From NCBI RefSeq assembly GCF_902713615.1, contig NC_052149.1, positions 87,995,519 to 88,059,518 of the forward strand: DNA of 64,000 nt. Direction: 5' to 3'. Made by a program: the position numbers and the translations under genes. The stretch is from Scyliorhinus canicula. Its lineage: Eukaryota. Position 1 is the first letter of the stretch. Every line of letters starts with the position of its first letter. This document shows, piece after piece, positions 1-10,035 of this stretch. The notes under the pieces are model-generated. The model ran no database searches. It saw nothing but the letters and a program-made list of their open reading frames with translations, and was not told the DNA's origin.

Positions 1-828
1 CTCATTAAAGCCTGTGAAAGATAAGATAGTAAATTCCATCTTGGCAGGGTGCTGCAGGGTGCATAAGGAAAAAATCATGGTACATGAACAGTTTACTGTT
101 TAACACTGACAATACTAATAAAACCTGAGGGAAAAAACAGGCACATTATTCCAAAATGAACACGGTTTATATCTGCCTGAAAGTTCCAGTCCTAAAGTAC
201 AAGCCTCGATCAATAATTAAAGTGGGCCCGGAAGATTTGAAGTGGTATTCTGGCCCTCCCAATCCAGGATATCATCTGTCACCCTTTGCCTCTATTCCAA
301 TTCTCCCTAGTCAGGCTAATCAAAATTATTGAGAAGATTTTTTTTGTAGAAGTGCACAAAGCTAACATATAAATCACCTGAAAATACTGAAATTATTCCA
401 TAAATTTACAGTAAATCAGAGATTTGAAAATGGAGAAATGTTTCTCAAACTCTAGTTCTTTCCACTTCCATTGTCTACAGAATCATGTAATATATCCAAA
501 AGGGATATGTGTATATCACATTCCACATTCAGGAAAATATTTTCCTATGGAAATTAATAATCTTACTCTATGATTTCTATACAGCATTGCTTATAAAAAT
601 TACCAGAAGTAAAACAAACATTTGTAAGAGTTCTGCTATTTTATAAGAAATCCTGTGCAACAAAGTAAATTACTTCTAGTTAGAAAGTGTCAATATTTCA
701 GATCCTACTTTTCAACTTTCCAGCAATAAGAACTGATGATTATGTCAAATGTAATATTCATTTTCTGCTTTATTTGCCAAAAGCTACAGGATACAAACTA
801 AGGTCAATCACTGCAAGTACAAAGATTT

Positions 829-900
829 TAGGTATATTGTTTATGAAGCTTACAGCCCAAACCAGAGAAAGCTGTGGCCTGATGTTCTGAAATGTAGCTA
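829..900 (+). promoter_or_regulatory. DIO1: SECIS element (form 1) in the 3' UTR of an upstream selenoprotein gene, probably DIO1
   Basis: Helix I 829-838 pairs with 891-900 (9/10). AUGAA at 843-847 and UGAU at 880-883 form the G.A/A.G core. Helix II is GCUUACAGC/GCUGUGGCC, with AAA (859-861) 11 nt after the core. Resembles the mammalian DIO1 SECIS as recalled. Gene identity is from synteny; no DIO1 coding exon is visible in the window. Confidence 0.85.
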
Positions 901-1161
901 AGAGCATGTAAATAAGTGAGATGAAGTTTTATATTCTGTACTTCTGTATATTAAACAATTACTACTCAACCAATGTTTTGAATGTTTTCATTGTATTAAG
1001 TGGAAAAGATAATTTATCCGAAAGGGAATGGAGTATTTATGTTACATTTAGTACCCCAAATTGTTTTAAATATAAAACCAATTCATAGTTGTAAGCAAAA
1101 TTGACATGAATGTCTTCAATTCAGAAGCTTAAGTATTGGTTGAAAGTTTAGTGTGGTGACC

Positions 1162-1167
1162 AATAAA
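1162..1167 (+). terminator. Candidate polyadenylation signal of the SECIS-containing transcript
   Basis: First AATAAA seen downstream of the SECIS. Confidence 0.4.
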
Positions 1168-1411
1168 CAAAGTCTGTGGACTGGCAGAATGAGGTGAAGC
1201 AGTGGAAAGTAAGAAAGTACAGTACAAGTACTGTTGGTGGGTCTGGAATTACTCTTGTGTCAGAAAAAATAATCATGTACCAGAGAAAGACCTTCCGAGT
1301 AGTGCAAGTTGAAGATGTTGCAGTAGTTGTGATGGACTATTCAGATGTTGATAAAAGATACTTTCAGGAGTTACTAAAGACGACTATGACAGTGTAGCAA
1401 AACAAGAAGAA

Positions 1412-1417
1412 TTTATT
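1412..1417 (-). terminator. Candidate polyadenylation signal of IFT25
   Basis: AATAAA on the - strand about 200 nt after the IFT25 stop codon. Confidence 0.45.
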
Positions 1418-1472
1418 CATATGGATCAATAATTATGCATTGTAACAAATATTGACAACATATTTGTACTAG

Positions 1473-1544
1473 GAGGTGGATTGACGACGCTAAATTGCCC
1501 CTCAATTGGTAAAGAATAATTGGGTACTCTAAAAAAATTTTAAA
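1473..1544 (+). mobile_element. 5'-truncated SINE in the IFT25 3' UTR
   Basis: SINE 3' part (aggtggattg...taaattgcccct...aattgggtactctaaa) between 13-bp TSD ATATTTGTACTAG at 1460-1472 and 1545-1557. Confidence 0.8.
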
Positions 1545-1617
1545 ATATTTGTACTAGTAATATTGTGCAGCTTCAGTGTTTGAAAATCTTGTTCTTCAAC
1601 AGTTGTGCTGCATAGAC

Positions 1618-1725
1618 TCAAGCACTTTCCTCTGTACCTTCCACTGTAACCTTGTGTATTGACACAAAGTGATCAAAACCAGATTTTATGAGAAACCGAA
1701 GGTGTGTGGCGCTGGTTCCATCCTG
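1618..1725 (-). CDS. IFT25: IFT25 coding exon 5 (last)
   Basis: QDGTSATHLRFLIKSGFDHFVSIHKVTVEGTEESA*; CAGCAG tandem acceptor, so the exon could start at 1722. Confidence 0.93.
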   Translation of the reverse strand, partial: QDGTSATHLRFLIKSGFDHFVSIHKVTVEGTEESA

Positions 1726-4700
1726 CTGCATAAGAAATATACTTTGTTACTTCACATTACCTTTTAAAAAAAATACTGCTATTCATTAGCTTAGTTGTAG
1801 AAATGCTGGTGAATGCATTACAGAGTTACATAGTCCAAAAGGTTCCAGGTTTGATTCCTGCTCTGTGCTCAGTTAGATTATTACAACTAATGGAACAAAG
1901 GGGCGCTAAATTGCTTTGATGTTTGAGTTAAGAAAAAAACTGTCTGTTCCTGTTCAGTGAAAACTACTGGAAAACACAATCAAGGGATAGGAACAGCTCT
2001 CAGCTTTTACACTGGTCAATCCTTATGTATGAATAGTGTCTAATCAGGCTAGGTGCTGGAGGCTAATGTTGTCAAGAAAGATAAAGCCTATATAGAGAGA
2101 TGAGGATAAAAATCAAACTTGATTTTGTTGAATTAATAAAATGGCATTATTTCTCATGTATATAATGCACAAGTCACAACATACTCATAGGTAAATTGCA
2201 TTTATCAATATTTAAGATGGATGTTTTTACACAGAATTGCATCAAATATATGGCAAATAAACAGGCCATTCAGCCCAACTAGTCCATGATGCTTCACAAG
2301 AGCCTCTCCATTTCTTTCTCATCTAAATCCTTTATATATTCGCTCCACTTATGTGCAGTGCATCTTGTGCTCCCAACATAATGAATATTATTTTGAACTA
2401 ACTATCAAAGATGATAAAATGCACGTTGTACAACACTGAATTTCCCCCACTTTTCACCATTGGAAGGTAATGGGCTTTCTGCTGCAACAGTGCTGTAGAA
2501 ATCAAGAACTTCAGTGGCATGCAAGAAATCAAGCTGCTCACTAGTCGCCTGGTGAGTTACCTACCTATAATCATTTTGTACAGAGTACTATATTATCGAA
2601 TGGAAGATGTATGTACTTACTGTAAATTCCTCCATTTGAAGCTGTTCCTCAGAGCGCTCAAGTTCTGGTAAAAAAGACAGCACACGAGGAAAATCACCAA
2701 ATTACCTAGAACAAAACAATTATTTTCCACAGTCATCTTGAAGATTTCATTAAAATGTTTGCTGAATGCACTTACCACTATTTGTTAAAGGTTCAAAATC
2801 TATTGGATCTCTTGCAACGCTTTTCTCAATACTCAGGCTGTGCACTGGAACAGTGATTCAAATAGGTGTTACTATTAAAATATATTGTAATTATTTTGAG
2901 TCTTGTTGTCTTTCTGCATTCTAATCAACAGTAACAAGATGGTTACATGTTTATTCGTGAACTTACACTGAAATATACACTCCTCAAAACTCAATATTTA
3001 TTCACTATACCTGAATTTCAGTAGCATAGATAATAAATAATTAACAACTTTTGTTCATTGCATCCTATTTTATACACCTACAAAACCAGGTAAAACTGCA
3101 TTTGTTACAATAAATTCTTAATATTATTTAATAGTTATTAATAAAGAGCAAAAATCTTACCATTATAACAGTGAATTTTCACAGAGCTAATTTTTATAAG
3201 ATTAGCAAAACTTAGGATAAATTCTTGAGGGAACATTCCTGTCGTGATCCAAAATGTTTCAGTATTACTGTAAGCAGAATTATGAGAGATCATAGATACT
3301 TCTATGACTTGGCATTTTTAAAAAATAATTTTCATCCCTCTTTTCTGATCCATGTTTGATTAGTTTCACAGTAGATGCCACCTGTTGATCCTTGAAGAGA
3401 TAGCCATTCTTCATATGAGCCTAGACAGAAACAACTTGCATTTATATAGCACCTTGTACATGATCAGCATCCCAAGGGGGTAGATAGTTAGGAAGAGGAG
3501 AGGAAATCAGCCAAAGTTTATGCTCCAGCATCTGAGCTATGATTTGTAATTCTTTACATTCTAATGAGAAATAAAAATATCCAAGGGGTTGACCCACCAT
3601 CTTGTGGTTAACTAAAAAAATTAAAAATAATATCAAACTTCAAGAAAAAGTGTATAATTTCTCAAAAATCGGTGGCATGACAGAAGATTGGACAGAATAT
3701 AAGAAACAGCAAAGAATGACTATAAGATTAATGATGGCAAAATTAGAGCATGACAGAAAGCTTGCTAGAAATAAAAAGACATCGTAAGCATTTCTGTAGA
3801 TAATTTAAAAATGGAGAGTTAACAAAGTGGGCTTTGGTCTTATAGAAAGTGAGTCTCGGGAATTAATTATGTAAATAAGGAGGTAGCCGATGAATTGAAG
3901 AGGTATTTTGCATCGATCCTCACTCAAGCATACAAGTAACATACCAGAAATAGTTGCAATCAGGAAATAGAAGAGAGGGAGGAACTCAAGAAAATTACAA
4001 TTACCTAGGAAAAGGTACTGAACAGATTGTTGGAATTGTGAACTGACAAGGCCACAGGTCCAGATGGACTTCATCCTAGGTACTTAAAAGATGTGTAATA
4101 TAGTTGATGCATTAATTTTAATTTTCCAAAAATTCCCTAGAATCTGTGATGGTTCCATTAGTTTGGAGAATAGCAAATGTAACACCTTTAGTCAAAAAGG
4201 GGGACAGAAAGCAGGAAACTAGAGGCCAGTTAACTTAACATCATAAGGTAAATATTCAAAACTATTCTTAAAGACTTCATAGCAGGGTACTCAGAAAGAT
4301 TCAATGTAATCAGACAGAGTCAACATGGTTTTGTGAGTGGGAAATTATGCGCGAGATTCAGAGCATTTTACGACTGCAGCATCTGGCCCCTAGGATCAGC
4401 GATCCTGCGCCGCACAGGGAGCCAGCACTTCACTGGAGCACAGCTCTAGCTGCCGATATGGGCACGAGCACAGACGGCGTGAGTTCCCGCATGCGCGCGG
4501 CTTGCCGTCTCTGCACCGGCCCTGACGCAACATGGCAGAGACCTGCAACATGGCGGAGACCTACAGGGGCCCGGAGCAGAGGAACATAGGCCCCCTCCCC
4601 ACCAGGCCGTCCCCTGCAGCCAGAACGCCGAGGTCCCACCAGGTAGGACCACACGAGAACGATGCCGGCGGGACACGGCCCATCGCGCGGGGAGAATCAC

Positions 4701-7700
4701 CGGGGCCATGTTGAGCAGAGAATCCCGCCCCATGTTTAACCAATTTATTGGAGAGTTTTGAAGAAGTAACATATGCTGTTGAAAGAGAGGACTGATGGAT
4801 GTGTACTTAGATTTCCAGAAGGCATTTAATAAGGTGTCACATCAGTGGTTATTGCAGAAAATAAAAGTTCATGCTTTAGCGAGGAACATTGGTATTGATA
4901 GAAGATTGCCAATTAACAGGAAACAGTGAATAGGCACAAATAGGTCATTTTCTGGTTGGCAGGATGGAATGAATGGCATGCCACAAGGATCAGTTCTGAG
5001 GCCTCAGCTTTTTACAATTCACATAAATGACTTGGATGAAGGGACTCAAAGTTATGATTGCTAAATCTGATATTGACACAAAGATAGGTGGGCAAGTAAG
5101 ATGTGAAGAAGCCACAAGGAGGCTACAAAGGGATGTCAACAGATTAAGTGAGTGGGCAAAGATCTGGCAAAAGGAGTTTCATGTGGGAAAATGTGAAATT
5201 GTCCGTAAGACACAGGAGCAGAATTAGGCCATTTGGCCGATCGAGTCTGCTCCACCATTCAATGAGATCATGACTGATTTGATATAGTCCTCAACTCCAT
5301 TTGCCCACCTTATCCCCATAACTCTTGATTCCCATACTGATTAAAAATCTGTCTATCTCAAAATAAAAAAGCATATAATCTAATTGCAGAGCTCTGAGAT
5401 GCAATAGGATCTGGTTGGTCTGGTGCATGAATTTCAAAAGGTTAGCATGCAGGTACAGCAAATAATTAGGAAATATGATAGAACACTACTGTTTATTGCG
5501 AGGGGTTGAATACAAAAGTAGGCAGGTTATGCTTCAGTTATACAGGGCATTGGTGAGACCATATCTGGAGTACTGTGTACAGTAATGGTCTCCTTCTTTA
5601 AGGAAGGATGTAAATGCATTGGAAGCAGCTCAGAGATTTACTAGACTAATACCTGAAATAGATGGTTGACTTACAAAGAAAGGTTGGACAGGTTATGTTC
5701 TACCCGCTAAAATTTAGACGGTAACTTGGTTAAAACATAAGATCCTGAGGGACCTTTACAGGGTGGACGTGGAGAGGATGTTTCCTCTTTCGAGAGAATA
5801 TAGAACTAGGTATCAGTGTTTAAAAATAAAGGGTCGTCCATTCAAGACAGAATTTTTTCTCTCAGAATTGTGATCTTTTGGAACTCTTCTTCAAAAGGCG
5901 GTTAAGCAGTATCGCTGAATATTTTTACGGCACAGATAGATAGATTTGTGATAAGCAAGGGGTTGAAAGGTTATTGTGGGTAGGTGCGAATGTGGAGCTG
6001 ATGTTACAATCAGAAGAGCAATGATCTTATTCAATGGCGGAACAGATTTGAGAGGCCAAGTGGCTTACTCATGCTCTTAATTCATATGTTCTTGGGTAAA
6101 GTTGATCATATGTTTCATTTATAATAATAATCTTTAGTAGTGTCACAAGTAGGCTTATATTAACACTGCAATAAAGTTACTGTGAAAATCCCCTAGTGAC
6201 CACACTCCGGCGCCTGTTAAGGTACACTGAAGGAGAATTCAGAATGTCCAATTCATCTAACGAGCATGTTTTTCAGGACATGTGGGAGGAAACCGGAGCA
6301 CCCTGAGGAAACCCACAGGGACACTGGGAGAATGTGCAGACTCTGCACAGACAGTGACCCAAGCCAGGAATCGAACCCAGGTCCCTTGTGCTGTGAAGCA
6401 ACAGTGCAAACCACTGTGCCACCTTGCTCATTTCGGGTAATCTCTTTATTTACCCAAGGTAGTCAAGAGGATACGTGCCCCATGACATTCAATGGCATTA
6501 CCAATGCTGAATCCCCCACAATCAACATCCTGGGGGTTACCATTGATCAGAACAAGAACTGGACTTGCCACAATAATCCCATGGCTACCAGAGCAGGTCA
6601 AAGGCTAGGAATCCCATGGTGAGTAACCTACCTCATGACCCCCCCCAAGCCTGCCCACCATCTATAAGGCACATGTCAGGAGTGTAATGGAACACTCTCT
6701 ACTTGGCTGGATGAGTACAACACTCAAGAGGCTCAACACCATACAGGACAAAGCAGCCCGCTTGATTACTCCCCCTTCCACAAACATTAAACCCTCCACC
6801 ATCGATGAACAGTGGCAGGCATGTGTACCATCCACAAGATGCACTGCAGTAACTCACCAAGGTTCCTTAGGCAGCACCTTCCAAACCCACGATCGCTACC
6901 ATCTAGGACAAGAGCAGCAGATACCTGGAAGCCCCACCACCTGGAGGTTCGCCTTCAAGTCACTCACCACCTTGACATGGAAATATATCACTGCTCCGCT
7001 CCTTCACTGTCGCTTGGTCAAAATCCTGGAACTCCCTCCCTAAATGTACATTGGATATATCTACACCCGGACTGCAGTGCTTCAAGAAGGCAATTCACCA
7101 CCATCTTCTGAAGGCAACTAAGGTGATAAATGCTGTCCCAACTGCGACGTCCACATCCCGTAAATGAATTTTTAAAAACCTGAATCATTCAGGAACACTC
7201 ACTGGAGAACAATGATTCTATCTTTCTTTCTCTGCTGCTCTGCAGGCCAAGCTTCTGATCTCAGCCGATCTGGTGAGGAAATAAGAACTAGCGAAATTGG
7301 GGGTGTCACGTGTAAGTTGTCTGCTGCAACCAGCATCGAAAATATGGGAAGGGGAGGTTGGTAGGACTGATGAGATATGGAATTGGGGCTGGAGGGAGCT
7401 TGCATATCTATAACGGCTCTCAGTTCACACCATTGTTACTGTACGTGTCAACCTTGGTTAGGTGGCATTCACGCCTCTTGATTCACAAGGTTCTGGATTC
7501 AAGTCCAGTTCAGGATTTGAGCACCAAAGTCAAGTCTAACACTCCAGTGCTGCACTGCCGGAGGTGCCATCTTTTAGACGAGATGTTAAGCCAAGGTCCT
7601 GTCTGCCCTTTCAGATGTACATAAAGACACCATGCCCAATATTAATCCCTCAGTGAACATAAATTACAGATTTGTCATCTCACTGCAGTGTGTGTGAGCT

Positions 7701-9827
7701 TGTTTTGCATAAAGTTGCCTGCTGTGTCTCCTACATTACAACAGTGATTACACTTCAAAAGCACTTCATTGGCTGTAAAACACTTTAAGTGATCTGGAGG
7801 GATTGAAGGAGCTGGAAGCGAAGTATGGGCTGGAGTAGGGAGAAATGTTTAGATACATGCAGGTTTGGGATTTTGCCAGAAAGGAGATACAGAGCTTCCC
7901 GAAGGAACCGGCCTCCACATTGCTGGAGGAGGTGCTGACGACAAGGGGACTGGAAAAGGGGGTAGTGTCAGCGGTTTACGGAGCTATTTTGGAAGAGGAT
8001 AAGGCACCACTGGAAGGGATCAAAGCAAAGTGGGAGGAAGAGTTGGGAGAGGTTATAGAGGAGGAGGTCTGGTGTGAGGTGCTCCGGAGAGTAAATGCCT
8101 CCACCTCATGTGCGAGGTTGGGGCTGATACAGCAGAAGGTGGTACACAGAGCACACCTCATGAGGGCGAGGATGAGCCAATTCTTTGAAGGAGTAGATGT
8201 GTGTGAGTGTTGCGGGAGCCTGCTAATCACGTTCATAAATTTTGGGCCTGTCCAAAGCTAGAGGATTACTGGAAGGAGGTTTTTATGGTAATTTCTAAAG
8301 TGGTGCCCGTGAAACTGGAATTTCTAAAGTGGTGCCCCCGGGAGGCCATATTCGGGGTGTCAGACCAGCCAGGGTTGGAAATGGGTGCGGAGGCAGATAT
8401 CGTAGCCTTCACCTCGTTGATCGTCCAAAGGCAAATCCTGATGGGATGGAGGGCAGCCTCTCCACCCTGTGCCCTGGCGTGGCGGGTTGTGAAGGTTAAG
8501 TTTGAACTGAGGGGAAGGACGGAGGGGTTCTACAATTCATGGGCATTATTCATTATGCACTTTCAAGAACTGGATAACATCGAACATTAGTTGGGGGGAT
8601 GTGTGGGAGGGTTGGGGGCAGGGGGGCTGTTTGTATTAAGGGTGACTATGGGTGATCCCTGGTTCCTTTTTGTCATTTGTTTGTGTAAACATGCAGGCTA
8701 ATGTTTGGGGTTTGGTGGGAAGATGGGATCGTTGTTATTGATAAGTGATCTGGAGGGTGTGAAAGATGCTATATAAATACAAGCCGTTTTTATCATTGGC
8801 CTGTATTTTGCGATCAGTCGCAAAGCAAGAGTGCCCACCGCTGACGAAGTACGTCTTGCTGAAAGATGTAGCATTTCTCTGTGAGAATTTCATCTCTATC
8901 ACTGTACAGTGGAACCGCAACTGATTGCAGCATTCTTTACTGGACATTTCAAACATGGAGCTGGAGTTATCGCATCAGGCTATCCAATCAGCCAATCACA
9001 TTAAAGGTTTTTCACAGGCACCCGACCAAGAAACAAAAAGCAGTGGAATGAATTCAGTTTTTAAAAAATAACAAATCGCATCTCTGTTAAAAACCCAGTT
9101 ACACCAGAGTGATATCAATGATTGTTAGCTCTGGGTGAGTAGAGGCCACAGCACAGCCTGTGATGGTGGTGCCCTGAATGACAGACCATGACTTCAGACT
9201 TGCATTACGTTCTGACGTTGCAGTCAGTTTCAGATGGGCAATGACAAAGAATGGCAATGGCAGTTCATAGCAAAAATATGGGTAATGATTCCCATGATCC
9301 CACCCCTCCTCCAGCACCACAGCCCTCCCAGAAACTGTGTTTAGCTAATTCCAGCCTCTTGACTGCAGCCAATTTTAACCGCTCTGCCGATGATGGTCGA
9401 GCCACCAGCTGTCAAAGGCCCTGATCCCTGGAATTCGCTCCCTAATTCTCTTCCTTCTTTAATAAACTCTATAAAATCTACCTGTTTGACAGATGACAGA
9501 GATTATGGTCATCTGCTATAATTTAATCGTGTGGTTAGGTGTCAAATTTTGTTTGATAACGCTTCTGGGGAGCACCTTGCTCTGTTTTACTTTGCTAAAG
9601 GCACTACCTGAATACCAGTTGTGGTTGTTATCTGAAGAGAAGAGAAGAGACTGATACCCTGGACACTCCTTGCAGCCTGTCCCCCCCCCCCCCCCCGCCG
9701 AGGCCGCCTCGGAGTGACGCCCAGGTCCTCACCCATCGATGATGTTCTCCGGTGGATGTTTCTCATCTCCAGAGGCCGCCAACACGACCTGCGTCCCCGC
9801 TACCATCAAACCAAAATCCTGCTTCAT
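1618..9827 (-). CDS. IFT25: Intraflagellar transport protein 25 (HSPB11), complete CDS: complement(join(1618..1725,2621..2664,2776..2844,3161..3267,9733..9827)), 140 aa
   Basis: Spliced translation MKQDFGLMVAGTQVVLAASGDEKHPPENIIDGNTETFWITTGMFPQEFILSF...ATHLRFLIKSGFDHFVSIHKVTVEGTEESA matches IFT25 motifs (DEKHPPENIIDG, TFWxTTGMFPQEF, FDHF). All introns GT-AG; 423 nt in total. Confidence 0.95.
2621..2664 (-). CDS. IFT25: IFT25 coding exon 4
   Basis: ELERSEEQLQMEEFT; acceptor ttttaccag, donor gtaagt. Confidence 0.92.
2776..2844 (-). CDS. IFT25: IFT25 coding exon 3
   Basis: VHSLSIEKSVARDPIDFEPLTNS; acceptor ttccag, donor gtaagt. Confidence 0.93.
3161..3267 (-). CDS. IFT25: IFT25 coding exon 2
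   Basis: NTETFWITTGMFPQEFILSFANLIKISSVKIHCYN; acceptor ttacag, donor gtaag. Confidence 0.95.
3600..6092 (+). mobile_element. Degenerate CR1-clade LINE (ORF2/RT remnant and 3' tail)
   Basis: Decayed CR1 motifs (PWLTK, QHGFV, LDFQKAF, PQGSVL, LVRPYLEYC) and a CR1-type 3' end. Confidence 0.85.
4349..4730. mobile_element. Non-autonomous DNA transposon (PIF/Harbinger-like MITE) nested in the CR1
   Basis: GC-rich insert splitting the CR1 sequence; termini gcgcgagattc and gaatcccgccc (imperfect TIR); 3-bp TSD tat/cat. Confidence 0.6.
6120..6428 (-). mobile_element. tRNA-derived V-SINE with L2-type tail
   Basis: Pol III B box (GGTTCGATTCC), V-domain, tail ...gcctacttgtgacactactaaagattatta. Confidence 0.8.
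6475..7170 (+). mobile_element. LINE 3' fragment (CR1/L2 group)
   Basis: RT C-terminal remnant INILGVTID...YKAHVRSVMEHSLLGW...LNTIQDKAARLI. Confidence 0.7.
7450..8785 (+). mobile_element. DeuSINE (SacSINE1-like) interrupted by an L1-like fragment at 7802-8741
   Basis: Deu-domain sequence (gtgctgcactgccggaggtgcc...cctacattacaacagtg...ctatataaat). The L1 ORF2 C-terminus lies between a 16-bp TSD TAAGTGATCTGGAGGG at 7786-7801 and 8742-8757. Confidence 0.75.
9733..9827 (-). CDS. IFT25: IFT25 coding exon 1
   Basis: MKQDFGLMVAGTQVVLAASGDEKHPPENIIDG; donor GTGAG; phase 2. Confidence 0.93.
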
Positions 9828-10035
9828 GTCGGCCTCCCCGTTGCCACAACAACCGGCCACTTCCGGTCCTCTCCGTAATCCCTCCCCAATGTTCAATATA
9901 GACTTCCGGTCCTTCCCCGTCTTCCCCACCCTCAAGTGTTCAGTTTATAGTTCCGAGCCCATGAGCTGCCAGGAAGCGGGAGTGTCACTAAATTGCGGAG
10001 TTTTACAGCTAAGCGGGGAGTCCCGGTGACTGTCG
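9828..10035. promoter_or_regulatory. Bidirectional CpG-rich promoter and 5' UTR region shared by IFT25 (-) and LRRC42 (+)
   Basis: CpG-rich island; ETS/GABPA motifs ACTTCCGG at 9859 and 9902 and CAGGAAG at 9970; X-box-like GTTGCCACAACAAC at 9840-9853; + strand donor G|GTAAGG after 10035 as a probable non-coding first exon of LRRC42. Confidence 0.75.

Noticed and set aside
1-30. Possible - strand splice acceptor (ttatctttcacag|gctttaatgag) at the window edge
   Set aside because: Only 11 nt of putative exon are visible and no partner exon was found
687-1397. ORFs 687-890 and 1176-1397 as genes
   Set aside because: Non-ATG starts, no recognisable motifs or splice structure; region reads as UTR
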